From the NCBI RefSeq assembly GCF_036563385.1, contig NZ_DATCML010000015.1, positions 203,616-267,615 of the forward strand: a stretch of DNA of 64,000 nt, read 5' to 3'. Position numbers and translations under genes: made by a program. This DNA is from Phenylobacterium sp. (GTDB lineage: Bacteria; Pseudomonadota; Alphaproteobacteria; Caulobacterales; Caulobacteraceae). The notes below the pieces were generated by a model that was given only the letters and a program-made list of their open reading frames with translations, was not told where the DNA came from and searched no databases. Every line of letters starts with the position of its first letter. Position 1 is the stretch's first letter. Positions 44,581 through 56,296 of this stretch are shown piece by piece.

Positions 44581-45525
44581 ATGAGCCTTGCGTTCATCTT
44601 CCCCGGCCAGGGCAGTCAGGCCGTCGGCATGGGTTCGGAACTGGCCAACGCTTTCCCCGTCGCGCGCGAGGCGTTCCAGGAGGTGGACGATGCGCTGGGG
44701 CAGGGCCTCTTCCGGTTGATGAGGGAAGGTCCCGAGGACCAACTCACCCTCACCGAGAACGCCCAACCGGCTCTGATGGCGCTGAGCGTGGCGGTGGCTC
44801 GGGTTCTGGAGCGCGAGTTCGGCGTAGGCATGGACAAGGCGGCGTTCGTGGCGGGCCACAGCCTCGGCGAATACTCCGCGCTGGCCGCCGCCGGCGCGCT
44901 TGGCCTCGCTGACACTGCGCGACTGCTCAAGCTTCGTGGGCAGGCCATGCAGCGCGCGGTCCCGGTCGGCGCGGGCGCCATGGCCTCGCTGATCGGGCCG
45001 AAGACCGACGTTGCGCTGGCTGAGGAGGCCGCTGCGGCCGGCGCCGAGCTCGGGGTCTGTGTCGTGGCCAACGACAACAACCAGGGCAATGTGGTGATCT
45101 CCGGCGCCAAGGCCGCCGTCGACCGGGCGATCGAGAAAGCCAAGGAGCTCGGCGCGCGCGCCATCCCTCTGAACGTTTCGGCGCCCTTCCACTGCCCGCT
45201 GATGAAGCCGGCGGCCGACGAAATGGCCGAGGCTCTGGCCGGCGCCGCGATCGTTGCGCCCCGGGCGCCGGTGGTGGCGAACGTCACCGCTCGCCCGACC
45301 AATGATCCCGAGGCCATCCGTCGCCTGCTGGTCGAGCAGGTGACCGGCCGGGTGCGTTGGCGCGAGAGCGTGCTTTGGCTGGCCGGGGAGGGCGGGGTGA
45401 CGCGCTTCGCCGAAGCCGGCTCTGGCAAGGTGCTGTCCGGCATGGTCAAGCGCATCGCGCCTGACGCGGAGGCCGTGCCCCTGAACAGCCCGGCCGACAT
45501 CGAAGCCTTCGCCAAGACGCTCTAG
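44581..45525 (+). CDS. fabD: Malonyl CoA-ACP transacylase
   Basis: 314 aa. FIFPGQGSQ, active-site GHSLGEYSAL. First gene of a fab cluster. Confidence 0.95.
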   Translation: MSLAFIFPGQGSQAVGMGSELANAFPVAREAFQEVDDALGQGLFRLMREGPEDQLTLTENAQPALMALSVAVARVLEREFGVGMDKAAFVAGHSLGEYSALAAAGALGLADTARLLKLRGQAMQRAVPVGAGAMASLIGPKTDVALAEEAAAAGAELGVCVVANDNNQGNVVISGAKAAVDRAIEKAKELGARAIPLNVSAPFHCPLMKPAADEMAEALAGAAIVAPRAPVVANVTARPTNDPEAIRRLLVEQVTGRVRWRESVLWLAGEGGVTRFAEAGSGKVLSGMVKRIAPDAEAVPLNSPADIEAFAKTL

Positions 45526-45538
45526 AAGAGGACCGCCC

Positions 45539-46279
45539 ATGTTCGACCTCAGCGGCAAGACCGCGCTTGTCACCGGCGCCACTGGCGGCATCGGAGCCGA
45601 GATCGCCCGCGCCCTCCACGCCCAGGGCGCGCAAGTGGTGCTGTCCGGCACGCGCGAAGCGGTTCTGCAGGAGCTCGCCGGCCAGCTGGGCGATCGGGCG
45701 GCGGTGGCTGCCGCAAACCTCTCTGACCCCGCCGCCGTGGACGGCCTGATCGAGGCCGCCGAGAAGGCGGCCGGTGCGCCCCTCGACATACTTGTCGCCA
45801 ACGCCGGCATCACCCGCGACGGCTTGCTGATGCGGATGAAGGACGAGGACTGGGAGGCCGTCATCAAGGTCAACCTGGAGAGCTATTTCCGCCTCGCGCG
45901 GGCCAGCATGCGCGGGATGATGAAGCGTCGGCACGGCCGCATCATCGGCATCACGTCGGTGGTAGGGGTGACGGGCAACCCCGGACAGGCGAACTACGCC
46001 GCTTCGAAGGCCGGCATGATCGGGTTCTCCAAGGCGTTGGCCCAGGAAGTGGCGAGCCGCGGCATCACCGTGAACTGCGTCGCGCCCGGCTTCATCGAGA
46101 GCCCGATGACCGACGCGCTCAACGAGCAGCAGAAGGCGCAGATCATGGGGACGATCCCGGCCGGCCGCCTTGGTCAGGGCCAGGAAATCGCCAGCGCCTG
46201 CGTCTACCTCGCCAGTGACGAGGCCGCCTACGTCACCGGCCAGACGCTGCACGTGAACGGCGGCATGGTGATGATCTAG
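45539..46279 (+). CDS. fabG: 3-oxoacyl-ACP reductase
   Basis: 246 aa. SDR motifs TGATGGIG, NAG, YAASKAG. Ends LHVNGGMVMI. Confidence 0.95.
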   Translation: MFDLSGKTALVTGATGGIGAEIARALHAQGAQVVLSGTREAVLQELAGQLGDRAAVAAANLSDPAAVDGLIEAAEKAAGAPLDILVANAGITRDGLLMRMKDEDWEAVIKVNLESYFRLARASMRGMMKRRHGRIIGITSVVGVTGNPGQANYAASKAGMIGFSKALAQEVASRGITVNCVAPGFIESPMTDALNEQQKAQIMGTIPAGRLGQGQEIASACVYLASDEAAYVTGQTLHVNGGMVMI

Positions 46280-46401
46280 CCCTAGAGTCCGGGGAGCGAA
46301 CATGCTACCCGGCGGCCCGAACCAAACGGCGTCGGCGGCAGTTGACACCAGCGTCGCTGTCGCCGAATGCAAAGACTGACTAGCCCTGAGGGACCTACCT
46401 A

Positions 46402-46641
46402 ATGTCCGACGTCCTTGAACGCGTCCGTAAGATCGTCATCGAGCACCTCGACGCCGATCCCGAAAAGGTCACCGAGAAGGCGAGCTTCATCGACGACCTG
46501 GGCGCCGATAGCCTCGACAACGTCGAGCTGGTGATGGCCTTCGAAGAAGAGTTCGACATCGAGATCCCGGACGACGCCGCTGAGCACATTCAGACCGTCG
46601 GCGACGCCGTGAAGTTCATCCAGGAGCGCCTGGGCGCCTAA
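46402..46641 (+). CDS. acpP: Acyl carrier protein
   Basis: 79 aa. Phosphopantetheine attachment motif DLGADSLD. Confidence 0.97.
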   Translation: MSDVLERVRKIVIEHLDADPEKVTEKASFIDDLGADSLDNVELVMAFEEEFDIEIPDDAAEHIQTVGDAVKFIQERLGA

Positions 46642-46724
46642 GCGCCTGTCCATGCTCTGAAATTTGGCCGCCGCGTCGCCGAGGGACACCCCTTAGCCGC
46701 GGCGGTTCTCGTTTGAGGTCAGCC

Positions 46725-48014
46725 ATGCGTCGAGTCGTCGTCACCGGAATCGGCCTGGTCACCCCCCTGGGCGTGGGTGTCGAGCACACCTGGAAGCAGA
46801 TCCTCGCCGGCGCTTCCGGCGCGGGCCGGATCACCGCCTTCGACCCTGCGGCCTACGCCTGCCAGGTGGCCTGCGAGGTGCCTCGCGTAAATGGCCGCGG
46901 CGGCGGCGGGCCCGATGTGCCGGGCTCCTTCGACCCCGACCAGACCATGAGCGCCAAGGATCGGCGCCGCGTCGACGACTTCATCCTCTATGCCATCGCC
47001 GCCGCCGACGAGGCGGTGAAGGACTCCGGCTGGGCGCCAGGCGAGGACGACCCGGAAGGCCGCGAACGCACCGGCGTGATGATCGGCTCGGGCATCGGCG
47101 GCCTCGGTCCGATCGCCGAGACGGCCATCGAGCTGCACGAGAAGGGGCCCCGGCGGATCAGCCCCTTCTTCATCCCCTCGGCCCTGATCAACCTGGCCAG
47201 CGGCCAGGTCTCGATCCGCCACGGCTTCAAGGGGCCCAACCATGCGGTGGTCACCGCCTGCGCCACCGGCGCCCACGCCATCGGCGACGCAGCCCGGATG
47301 ATCAAGTACGGCGACGCCGACGTGATGGTCGCCGGCGGGGCTGAGAGCTCGGTGGTGCCGATCGGCATCGCCGGCTTCATCGCCTGTCGAGCGATGTCCA
47401 CCGGCTTCAACGACACGCCCACCAAGGCCAGCCGCCCCTACGACAAGGATCGCGACGGCTTCGTCATGGGCGAGGGCGCCGGCATCCTGGTGCTGGAGGA
47501 ATACGAGCACGCCAAGGCCCGCGGCGCGAAGATCTACGCCGAGGTGCTCGGCTACGGCATGGCCGGCGACGCCTACCACATCACGGCCCCGGCCGAGGAC
47601 GGCGACGGCGGCTTCCGCGCTATGAAGGCGGCCATCAAGGACGCCGGCATCGACCCGGCCGACCTCGACTATATCAACGCCCACGGCACCTCGACGCCGC
47701 TCGGCGACGAGATCGAGCTAGCCGCGGTCGAGCGCCTGCTCGGCAATGCGGCGTCCAAGGTGACCATGAGCTCGACCAAGTCGGCCACCGGGCACCTGCT
47801 CGGCGCCGCTGGCGCCATCGAGGCGGCGTTCACCGTCCTCGCGATCCGCGACCAGATCGCGCCGCCGACCATCAACCTCGACAACCCCTCGGTGGAGACG
47901 CCCATTGACCTCGCCCCGCACAAGGCCGTGCCGCGCGAGATCAACATCGCCATGTCCAACTCCTTCGGCTTTGGCGGCACGAACGCCTCGGTGGTCTTCA
48001 AGAAGGTCGCGTGA
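46725..48014 (+). CDS. fabF: Beta-ketoacyl-ACP synthase II
   Basis: MRRVVVTGIGLVTPLG start (ATG 46725, GAGG upstream). Active-site ACATGAH, HGTSTPLGD, NSFGFGGTNAS. Confidence 0.95.
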   Translation: MRRVVVTGIGLVTPLGVGVEHTWKQILAGASGAGRITAFDPAAYACQVACEVPRVNGRGGGGPDVPGSFDPDQTMSAKDRRRVDDFILYAIAAADEAVKDSGWAPGEDDPEGRERTGVMIGSGIGGLGPIAETAIELHEKGPRRISPFFIPSALINLASGQVSIRHGFKGPNHAVVTACATGAHAIGDAARMIKYGDADVMVAGGAESSVVPIGIAGFIACRAMSTGFNDTPTKASRPYDKDRDGFVMGEGAGILVLEEYEHAKARGAKIYAEVLGYGMAGDAYHITAPAEDGDGGFRAMKAAIKDAGIDPADLDYINAHGTSTPLGDEIELAAVERLLGNAASKVTMSSTKSATGHLLGAAGAIEAAFTVLAIRDQIAPPTINLDNPSVETPIDLAPHKAVPREINIAMSNSFGFGGTNASVVFKKVA

Positions 48015-49063
48015 GCCGGCGACCGCGCCCGCGCCGACGTCCCGTGCCGCGCAAGGCGCCGCCCGGACCCCTGCGGATGCTGGGCGGCGTGCTGTTCGCC
48101 CTGGGCGCCTTCGTGCTCGTCGCCGGCGGCTGGGTCCTGTGGACCTACAGCGGCCCAGGTCCTGAGGCGCGCGAGGGCAAGGTCACGACCGTGGTGCTGG
48201 AGCGCGGCTCCGGACTCGCTAGCATTGCCGGCGAACTGGCCGGCGCTGGGGTCATCCGCTCGCGCACGGTGTTCATGGCCGCCGCCCGGCTGAGCGGGGT
48301 GGCCGGAGCGTTGAAGGCCGGCGAGTACGAGGTGAAGAGCGGCGCCTCCATGGCGCGCATTCTCGACGACATCCGCGACGGCCGGGTCGTTCGCCACCTG
48401 GTCACCATCCCCGAGGGCTGGACCAGCGAGATGGCCTGGGAAGCGGTGCAGCGCCAGCCTGTGCTGGCGGGCGACGCCCCGGTCCCCGCCGAGGGCACGC
48501 TGCTGCCCGACACCTATCAAGTCCAGCGCGGCGACAGCCGCTCCGCGGTGCTCCAGCGGATGGCCCAGGCGCAGGACGAGCTCATGGCCGAGCTTTGGCC
48601 AAAGCGGCAGTCCGGCCTGCCGTTTGACACGCCTGACGAGGCGCTGACGCTCGCTTCGATTGTTGAAAAGGAGACCGGCGTCGCCGCGGAGCGCCCGCGG
48701 ATCGCCGCCGTCTTTGTCAACCGGCTGCGCCAGGGCATGCGTCTGGAGAGCGATCCCACCATCATCTACGGCGTATCGAAGGGGAGGCCGCTCGGCCGCG
48801 GGCTGGCGGTGACCGAGATCGCTACCGCAACGCCCTACAACACCTACCGCATCGACGGCCTGCCGCCGACGCCGATCGCCAATCCCGGGCGGGCCTCCAT
48901 CGAGGCGGTGCTGAACCCGCCGCAGAGCACGGAGCTGTTTTTCGTGGCCGACGGCACGGGCGGGCACGTGTTCGCCACCACCTATGCCGACCACCAGCGC
49001 AACGTAGCCCGCTGGCGCCAGCTGGAGCGGCAGCGCGCCGTGCAGGCGGGGGCGGGACGCTGA
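48011..49063 (+). CDS. mltG: Endolytic murein transglycosylase MltG (YceG-like)
   Basis: 350 aa. N-terminal TM helix. YceG motifs LASIVEKET and YNTYRIDGLPPTPIANPG. GTG overlaps the fabF stop. Confidence 0.9.
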   Translation: MSRRPRPRRRPVPRKAPPGPLRMLGGVLFALGAFVLVAGGWVLWTYSGPGPEAREGKVTTVVLERGSGLASIAGELAGAGVIRSRTVFMAAARLSGVAGALKAGEYEVKSGASMARILDDIRDGRVVRHLVTIPEGWTSEMAWEAVQRQPVLAGDAPVPAEGTLLPDTYQVQRGDSRSAVLQRMAQAQDELMAELWPKRQSGLPFDTPDEALTLASIVEKETGVAAERPRIAAVFVNRLRQGMRLESDPTIIYGVSKGRPLGRGLAVTEIATATPYNTYRIDGLPPTPIANPGRASIEAVLNPPQSTELFFVADGTGGHVFATTYADHQRNVARWRQLERQRAVQAGAGR

Positions 49064-49941
49064 TGGCGATATCCGGAATGACCGGCTTCGGCCGAGCGGA
49101 GGGGGCGCTGGGGCCGTGGAGCTGGGCCGTCGAGGCCCGCTCGGTGAACGGCCGCAACCTCGAGGTTCGTTTCCGCGGCCCGCCCGGGCTCGATGGCCTG
49201 GAGCGTACGGCCCGGGAAGGCGCCCAGGCCCGCTTCCAGCGCGGCCAACTCACGGTCGGCGTCCAGGCCAAGCGCGCCGAGGGCGGCGCCGCGGTGCGCA
49301 TCAACGTCGAACAGTTGGAGCGCTACCTCCAGGCCGGCGCGCCCTATGTCGCAACCGGCATGGTCGCGCCGCCGAGACTCGACGGCCTGCTGTCCCTCAG
49401 GGGCGTGATCGAGGCCGCCGATGCGGCCGAGGACGGGGAGGCCCAGGCCGAGCTTGAGGCGGCTGTGGCGGCTTCAGTGGCCGCCGCCTTCGACGGCCTT
49501 CTCGCCGCGCGGCGCGAAGAGGGCCGGGCGCTGCACGGCGTGCTGTCGAGCCTGCTCGACCGCATCGGCCATTTGGTCGCCGACGCCGAGAGCCACGCGG
49601 CGGCCCAGCCCGCCGCCATCAAGGACCGGTTCGCCCGCCGGATGGCCGAACTGGCCGGCGAGGCCGTTCCGGAGGATCGCGTCCTGCAGGAGGCCGCCGC
49701 CCTGGCCGTGAAGGCCGACGTGCGCGAGGAACTCGACCGCCTGGCCGGTCACGTCCAGGCGGCGCGCCAGCTAGTCGACGACAGCGCCGTGGGCCGCCGC
49801 CTGGACTTCCTGACCCAGGAGTTCATGCGCGAGGCCAACACCCTGTGCTCCAAGTCGGCGATCGCCGCGCTCACGACCGTGGGACTGGACCTGAAGGCCG
49901 TGATCGAGCAGTTCCGCGAACAGGTCCAGAACGTCGAGTAA
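49063..49941 (+). CDS. YicC family stress-induced protein
   Basis: 292 aa. N-terminal SGMTGFGRAEG and C-terminal EFMREANTLCSKS...EQFREQVQNVE are typical YicC N and DUF1732 regions. Confidence 0.88.
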   Translation: MAISGMTGFGRAEGALGPWSWAVEARSVNGRNLEVRFRGPPGLDGLERTAREGAQARFQRGQLTVGVQAKRAEGGAAVRINVEQLERYLQAGAPYVATGMVAPPRLDGLLSLRGVIEAADAAEDGEAQAELEAAVAASVAAAFDGLLAARREEGRALHGVLSSLLDRIGHLVADAESHAAAQPAAIKDRFARRMAELAGEAVPEDRVLQEAAALAVKADVREELDRLAGHVQAARQLVDDSAVGRRLDFLTQEFMREANTLCSKSAIAALTTVGLDLKAVIEQFREQVQNVE

Positions 49942-49955
49942 CAGCCGAGGCGCCC

Positions 49956-50621
49956 TTGTTCCCCCACGACGACCATCACGTTAAGCCTTGGGAGACCGTC
50001 CGGCGCGGCCTGTTGATGCTGGTTTCCAGCCCCGCGGGGGCCGGCAAGACGTCTCTGTCGCGCCGCCTGGTCGCCGACTACGGCAGCATGATCCTCTCCA
50101 TCTCGGCGACCACGCGCGCTCCGCGGCCGGGCGAGGAGGAGGGGCGCGAGTACTTCTTCAAGACCCGTCCCGAGTTCGAGGCGATGATCGAGGGTGGCGA
50201 GCTCCTGGAGTGGGCGGAGGTGAACGGCCACCTCTATGGCACGCCCAAGGGCCCGGTGCTGGCGGCGCTCGAGGCCGGCAAGGACGTGATGTTCGACATC
50301 GATTGGCAGGGCGCCCGGCAGATCGCCGAGAAGCAGCCGGACGACTCGGTGCGCATCTTCGTCCTGCCGCCATCCTGGGCCGACCTGTCGCGCCGTCTTC
50401 ACGCTCGCGCTCAGGACAGCATCCAGGTGATCAATCAGCGCCTGGCGCTGGGCAAGCGCGAGATCACCCACTGGAACGAGTACGACTACGTCATCGTCAA
50501 CAAGGACTTCGACCGCGCATACGCCGACCTGATCCACATCTACCGGTCGGAGCGGATGAAGCCGGTGCGCAACCCCTGGCTGCCGCCCTTCGTGCAGGAC
50601 CTCCTGGACGAGAAGATCTGA
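49956..50621 (+). CDS. gmk: Guanylate kinase
   Basis: P-loop SSPAGAGKTSL, EEEGREYFF, YGTPK. Start assigned to TTG 49956 (GAGG 5 nt upstream). ATG 50016 is an alternative. Confidence 0.88.
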   Translation: MFPHDDHHVKPWETVRRGLLMLVSSPAGAGKTSLSRRLVADYGSMILSISATTRAPRPGEEEGREYFFKTRPEFEAMIEGGELLEWAEVNGHLYGTPKGPVLAALEAGKDVMFDIDWQGARQIAEKQPDDSVRIFVLPPSWADLSRRLHARAQDSIQVINQRLALGKREITHWNEYDYVIVNKDFDRAYADLIHIYRSERMKPVRNPWLPPFVQDLLDEKI

Positions 50622-51136
50622 TCACGCCGCCGCCGCGCCCCTGCACAAATTTCAGGCTGCGGCCGCTTCGCGCGCAACGTTTCCCCTGCGCGAGTTAGAA
50701 ATTCCATCAAGCGCGACAGTTTTGTGTCCTTGCGGCGCCCTTACGTCAGCGCCCAAGCTGGCCGGGCTCTCGCGGGAGAGACCGGGCTTCGCGCCCGGCG
50801 CTGAAGGCGCAACCGCCCCGGAAACGCTCAAGCAGAAGGACCGCCAGAGCCTCTAAACGCTGGAAAGCAGGGCGGCCTGGCCGCCCTCGCCGAAGGAGCA
50901 AGGCGGGCGAGGCCCTCCGAAATCTCTCAGGCGCCAAGGACAGCGGGGGCGACGCCGGGGCCGGACGAGGCCTGCCGTCTCGCTGCGCCGTCGCCTCACC
51001 GTCGACAGGCCAGGACCGCCCAAGGGTGACCGCACGGACGGTCGCTCGGCGGTCGGCGGAGCACCCGGCGGATCTTGGGGGACCGCTCCGGCGGTCGTGC
51101 GACAGCAGCGCCGGGGGCCGGCGCGAGGGGGTTAGT
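50622..51136 (+). promoter_or_regulatory. 515-nt highly structured leader upstream of a TonB-dependent receptor (possible riboswitch or attenuator, class unresolved)
   Basis: No credible ORF. Perfect hairpins at 50782-50798 (ccgggc-ttcgc-gcccgg) and 50870-50886 (gggcggc-ctg-gccgccc). An alternative pairing, 50761-50787, overlaps the first hairpin. The segments gcgctgaaggcgcaaccg and ggccggacgaggcctgcc only loosely resemble cobalamin-riboswitch core and B12-box. Confidence 0.35.
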
Positions 51137-53605
<2,469 letters not shown>

Positions 53606-53620
53606 GGGCGGGGGAGGGGA

Positions 53621-55732
53621 GTGATGATGAAGCGCAGGACCCTCATCGCCCTGGCGGCGCTGGCGGGGGCCGGGGCTCTGCCCCTGTCTCCGGCGGCTGC
53701 GCAGGGAGCTGCCAGCGCCCCGGCCAAGGCTGTGCGGGGCGAGATCCTCTACGACACCTTCGGCGTGCCGCACGTCTACGGGAAGGACGAGGCGGCCGTG
53801 TTCTACGGCTTCGGCTACGCCACCGCACAGAACCATGGCGACGTGGTGCTGCGGCTCTACGGCCAGGCCCGCGGCCGGGCGGCGGAGTATTGGGGCGCCT
53901 CCGAGATCGAGTCAGATCGCTGGGTGATCTCCAACGACGTCTACGAGCGCGCCCGCCAGTGGTACCTGAAGGAGCCCGCCGCCTTCCGGCGGAACCTCGA
54001 CGCCTTCGCCGAGGGGATGAACGCCTACGCTCGGGCCCATCCGGACAAGCTGGATCCCTCGGTCCGCCAGGTGCTGCCGATCAGCGGCGTAGACGTCATG
54101 GCGCACGCCCACAAGCTGATGAACTACCAGTACGTCGCGCCCGCCCAGCGCACCCTGGGCGGCAACGCGGACGCGGGCTCCAACGCCTGGGCGGTGATGC
54201 CGAAGAAGTCCGCGAGCGGGAACACCCTGCTCCTGGCCAATCCGCACCTGCCCTGGGCGCCGAGCCAGCTCACCTACTTCGAGGCGGACCTGAACGGGCC
54301 CGGCTTCAAGATGTATGGCGCCACCCAGGTGGGCCTTCCGGTCCTGCGCTTCGCCTTCAACGAGCGGATGGGCTTCACCAATACGGTCAACAACATCCTG
54401 GGGGCCACCAACTACGAGCTGAAGCTCGCGCCCGGCGGCTATCTGTTCGACGGCAAGGTCCGTCCCTTCGCGGTGAAGACCAAGACCTTCAAGGTCCGCC
54501 AGCCCGACGGGAGCCTGAAGGCCGAGACGCTGGAGATCCGCAGCTCGGTCCACGGCCCAGCCTTTGCGCGGGCCGACGGCAAGACCGTGGCGGTGCGGGT
54601 GGCGGGCCTCGACCGGCCGGGCGGCCTTCGCCAGTACTGGGACATGGGCAAGTCGAAGAGCTTCGCCGAGTACCAGCAGGTCATGAAGCGGCTGCAGGTG
54701 CCGTCCTTCAACATCGTCTACGCCGACCGGGAAGGTCACGTCCAATATCTGCTGAACGGCATCCTGCCCAAGCGGAAGGACGGCGACGTCCGCACCTGGA
54801 GCGGCCTGGTCCCGGGAGACACCTCGGCCACCCTCTGGACGGACATCCACCCCTACGAGGACCTGCCCAAGGTGGTCGACCCGCCCACCGGCTACGTCCA
54901 GAACACCAACGATCCGCCGTGGGTCTCCACCTGGCCCCAGGCGATCCGCGCCCAGGACTACCCGGCCTATGTGGCGCCGCCCGGGCCCATGTCGCTGCGG
55001 GCCCAGCACTCGTCGCACCTGATGGCCGACCCGCCGAAGCTCACCTTCGACGATTTCGTGCGCAGCAAGGCGTCCACTCACGTGCTCATGGCCGACCGTG
55101 TGCTGGACGAGCTGCTCACCGCCGCCGCGGGCAGCGCGGACGCCGACGTCCAGCAGGCCGCCGCCGTGCTGCGCGCGTGGGACCGCAAGGTGGACGCCGG
55201 CTCGCGGGGAGCCCTGCTGTTCGAGACCTGGGCCCGCAAGTTCGCCGGCCCCAACTTCCAGAGCGACGCCAACTACAAGGTCCGGTGGGACCCGGCCCGG
55301 CCGATCGACACGCCCATCGGGATCAAGGATCCCGCCGGCGCGGTGGCCATGCTCAAGGAGGCTGCCATCGAGGCGCGGGCCCAGTACGGCGCCCTCGACC
55401 GCCCCTTCGGCGAGGTCTCCCGCTTCGCCTTGGGCCAAGTAGACCTGCCGGGGTCCGGCGGCTTCGGCAACATGGGGGTGTTCAACGTGATCACCTGGAG
55501 CGGGCTGAAGGACGGCCGCCGCATGCCCAACCACGGGGAGACCTGGGTCTCGATGGTGGAGTTCTCCACGCCGGTGAAGGCCAAGGGCCTGATGAGCTAC
55601 GGCAACTCCACCCAGCCGGGCTCGCCCCACCGCAGCGACCAGCTCGAGTTCCTGTCGCAGAAGACCTACCGCACGCTCTGGACCACCCGCGCCGAGGTCG
55701 AGAGCAATCTGGAATCTCGGGTCGCGTACTGA
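53621..55732 (+). CDS. Penicillin-amidase-family Ntn hydrolase, glutaryl-7-ACA (cephalosporin) acylase-like
   Basis: 703 aa. Tat-like signal KRRTLIALAALAGAGA. Predicted autoprocessing site G|SNAWAV, followed by LLLANPHLPW, VHGP, FNIVYADREG, HGETWV and LMSYGNS. These track the Brevundimonas/Pseudomonas glutaryl acylase sequence as I remember it. Start is 53621, 53624 or 53627. Confidence 0.85.
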   Translation: MMMKRRTLIALAALAGAGALPLSPAAAQGAASAPAKAVRGEILYDTFGVPHVYGKDEAAVFYGFGYATAQNHGDVVLRLYGQARGRAAEYWGASEIESDRWVISNDVYERARQWYLKEPAAFRRNLDAFAEGMNAYARAHPDKLDPSVRQVLPISGVDVMAHAHKLMNYQYVAPAQRTLGGNADAGSNAWAVMPKKSASGNTLLLANPHLPWAPSQLTYFEADLNGPGFKMYGATQVGLPVLRFAFNERMGFTNTVNNILGATNYELKLAPGGYLFDGKVRPFAVKTKTFKVRQPDGSLKAETLEIRSSVHGPAFARADGKTVAVRVAGLDRPGGLRQYWDMGKSKSFAEYQQVMKRLQVPSFNIVYADREGHVQYLLNGILPKRKDGDVRTWSGLVPGDTSATLWTDIHPYEDLPKVVDPPTGYVQNTNDPPWVSTWPQAIRAQDYPAYVAPPGPMSLRAQHSSHLMADPPKLTFDDFVRSKASTHVLMADRVLDELLTAAAGSADADVQQAAAVLRAWDRKVDAGSRGALLFETWARKFAGPNFQSDANYKVRWDPARPIDTPIGIKDPAGAVAMLKEAAIEARAQYGALDRPFGEVSRFALGQVDLPGSGGFGNMGVFNVITWSGLKDGRRMPNHGETWVSMVEFSTPVKAKGLMSYGNSTQPGSPHRSDQLEFLSQKTYRTLWTTRAEVESNLESRVAY

Positions 55733-55756
55733 CCCGCCGTTTGGAGGACGTCTGAG

Positions 55757-56275
55757 ATGAACATCCGCGCCATCGCCGCTGGCCTCGCGCTCAGCGCCGC
55801 GCTCGCCGCCCCGGTCTTCGCCCATCCGGTGGACGGAGCCTGGAAGGAACAGCACAACGATACGCCGGGGATCACCACCCCGGCCGGGTTCAAGCTGACG
55901 ATCTGGATGAAGGTGGAGGGCGACACGCTCCACTACTATTCCGAGAACACCACCAACGCCGAGAAGCCCTACATCAGCGAGCACGTGTCCAAGCTGGACG
56001 GGGCGGTGGCGCCGTTCCCGAACCAGACGCGGTTCAATCAGATCTCCACCCTGCTGACCGAGCCGCACGAGCTGCAGGTGCTCAAGATGAAGGACGGCGA
56101 CGTCATCGCTGGCGAGTTCTGGACCTTCAGCAAGGACGGCAAGACCGCCGTGCGCCGCGGCATCAGCAAGAGCCCGGAAGGCAAGTCCAAGGCCTACCAG
56201 GAACACTTCGTGAAGGTCACGGACAAGCCGCAGCACCGGAAGGGCGCCTGGCCGGACGCCGCATCGCCGCGCTGA
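55757..56275 (+). CDS. Secreted hypothetical protein (172 aa)
   Basis: Signal peptide ending PVFAHP. No motif recognised. 24 nt downstream of the acylase gene. Confidence 0.55.
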   Translation: MNIRAIAAGLALSAALAAPVFAHPVDGAWKEQHNDTPGITTPAGFKLTIWMKVEGDTLHYYSENTTNAEKPYISEHVSKLDGAVAPFPNQTRFNQISTLLTEPHELQVLKMKDGDVIAGEFWTFSKDGKTAVRRGISKSPEGKSKAYQEHFVKVTDKPQHRKGAWPDAASPR

Positions 56276-56296
56276 GGAGACGGGAGCCGCCGCGCT

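Noticed and set aside
50765-50980. A firm call of a cobalamin (B12) riboswitch upstream of the TonB-dependent receptor.
   Set aside because: Only partial resemblance. The conserved GGUG..AA..CC loop of the core is replaced by a UUCG-type hairpin, and the B12-box match needs a 2-nt insertion plus mismatches. Kept only as an unresolved structured leader pending an Infernal/Rfam scan.
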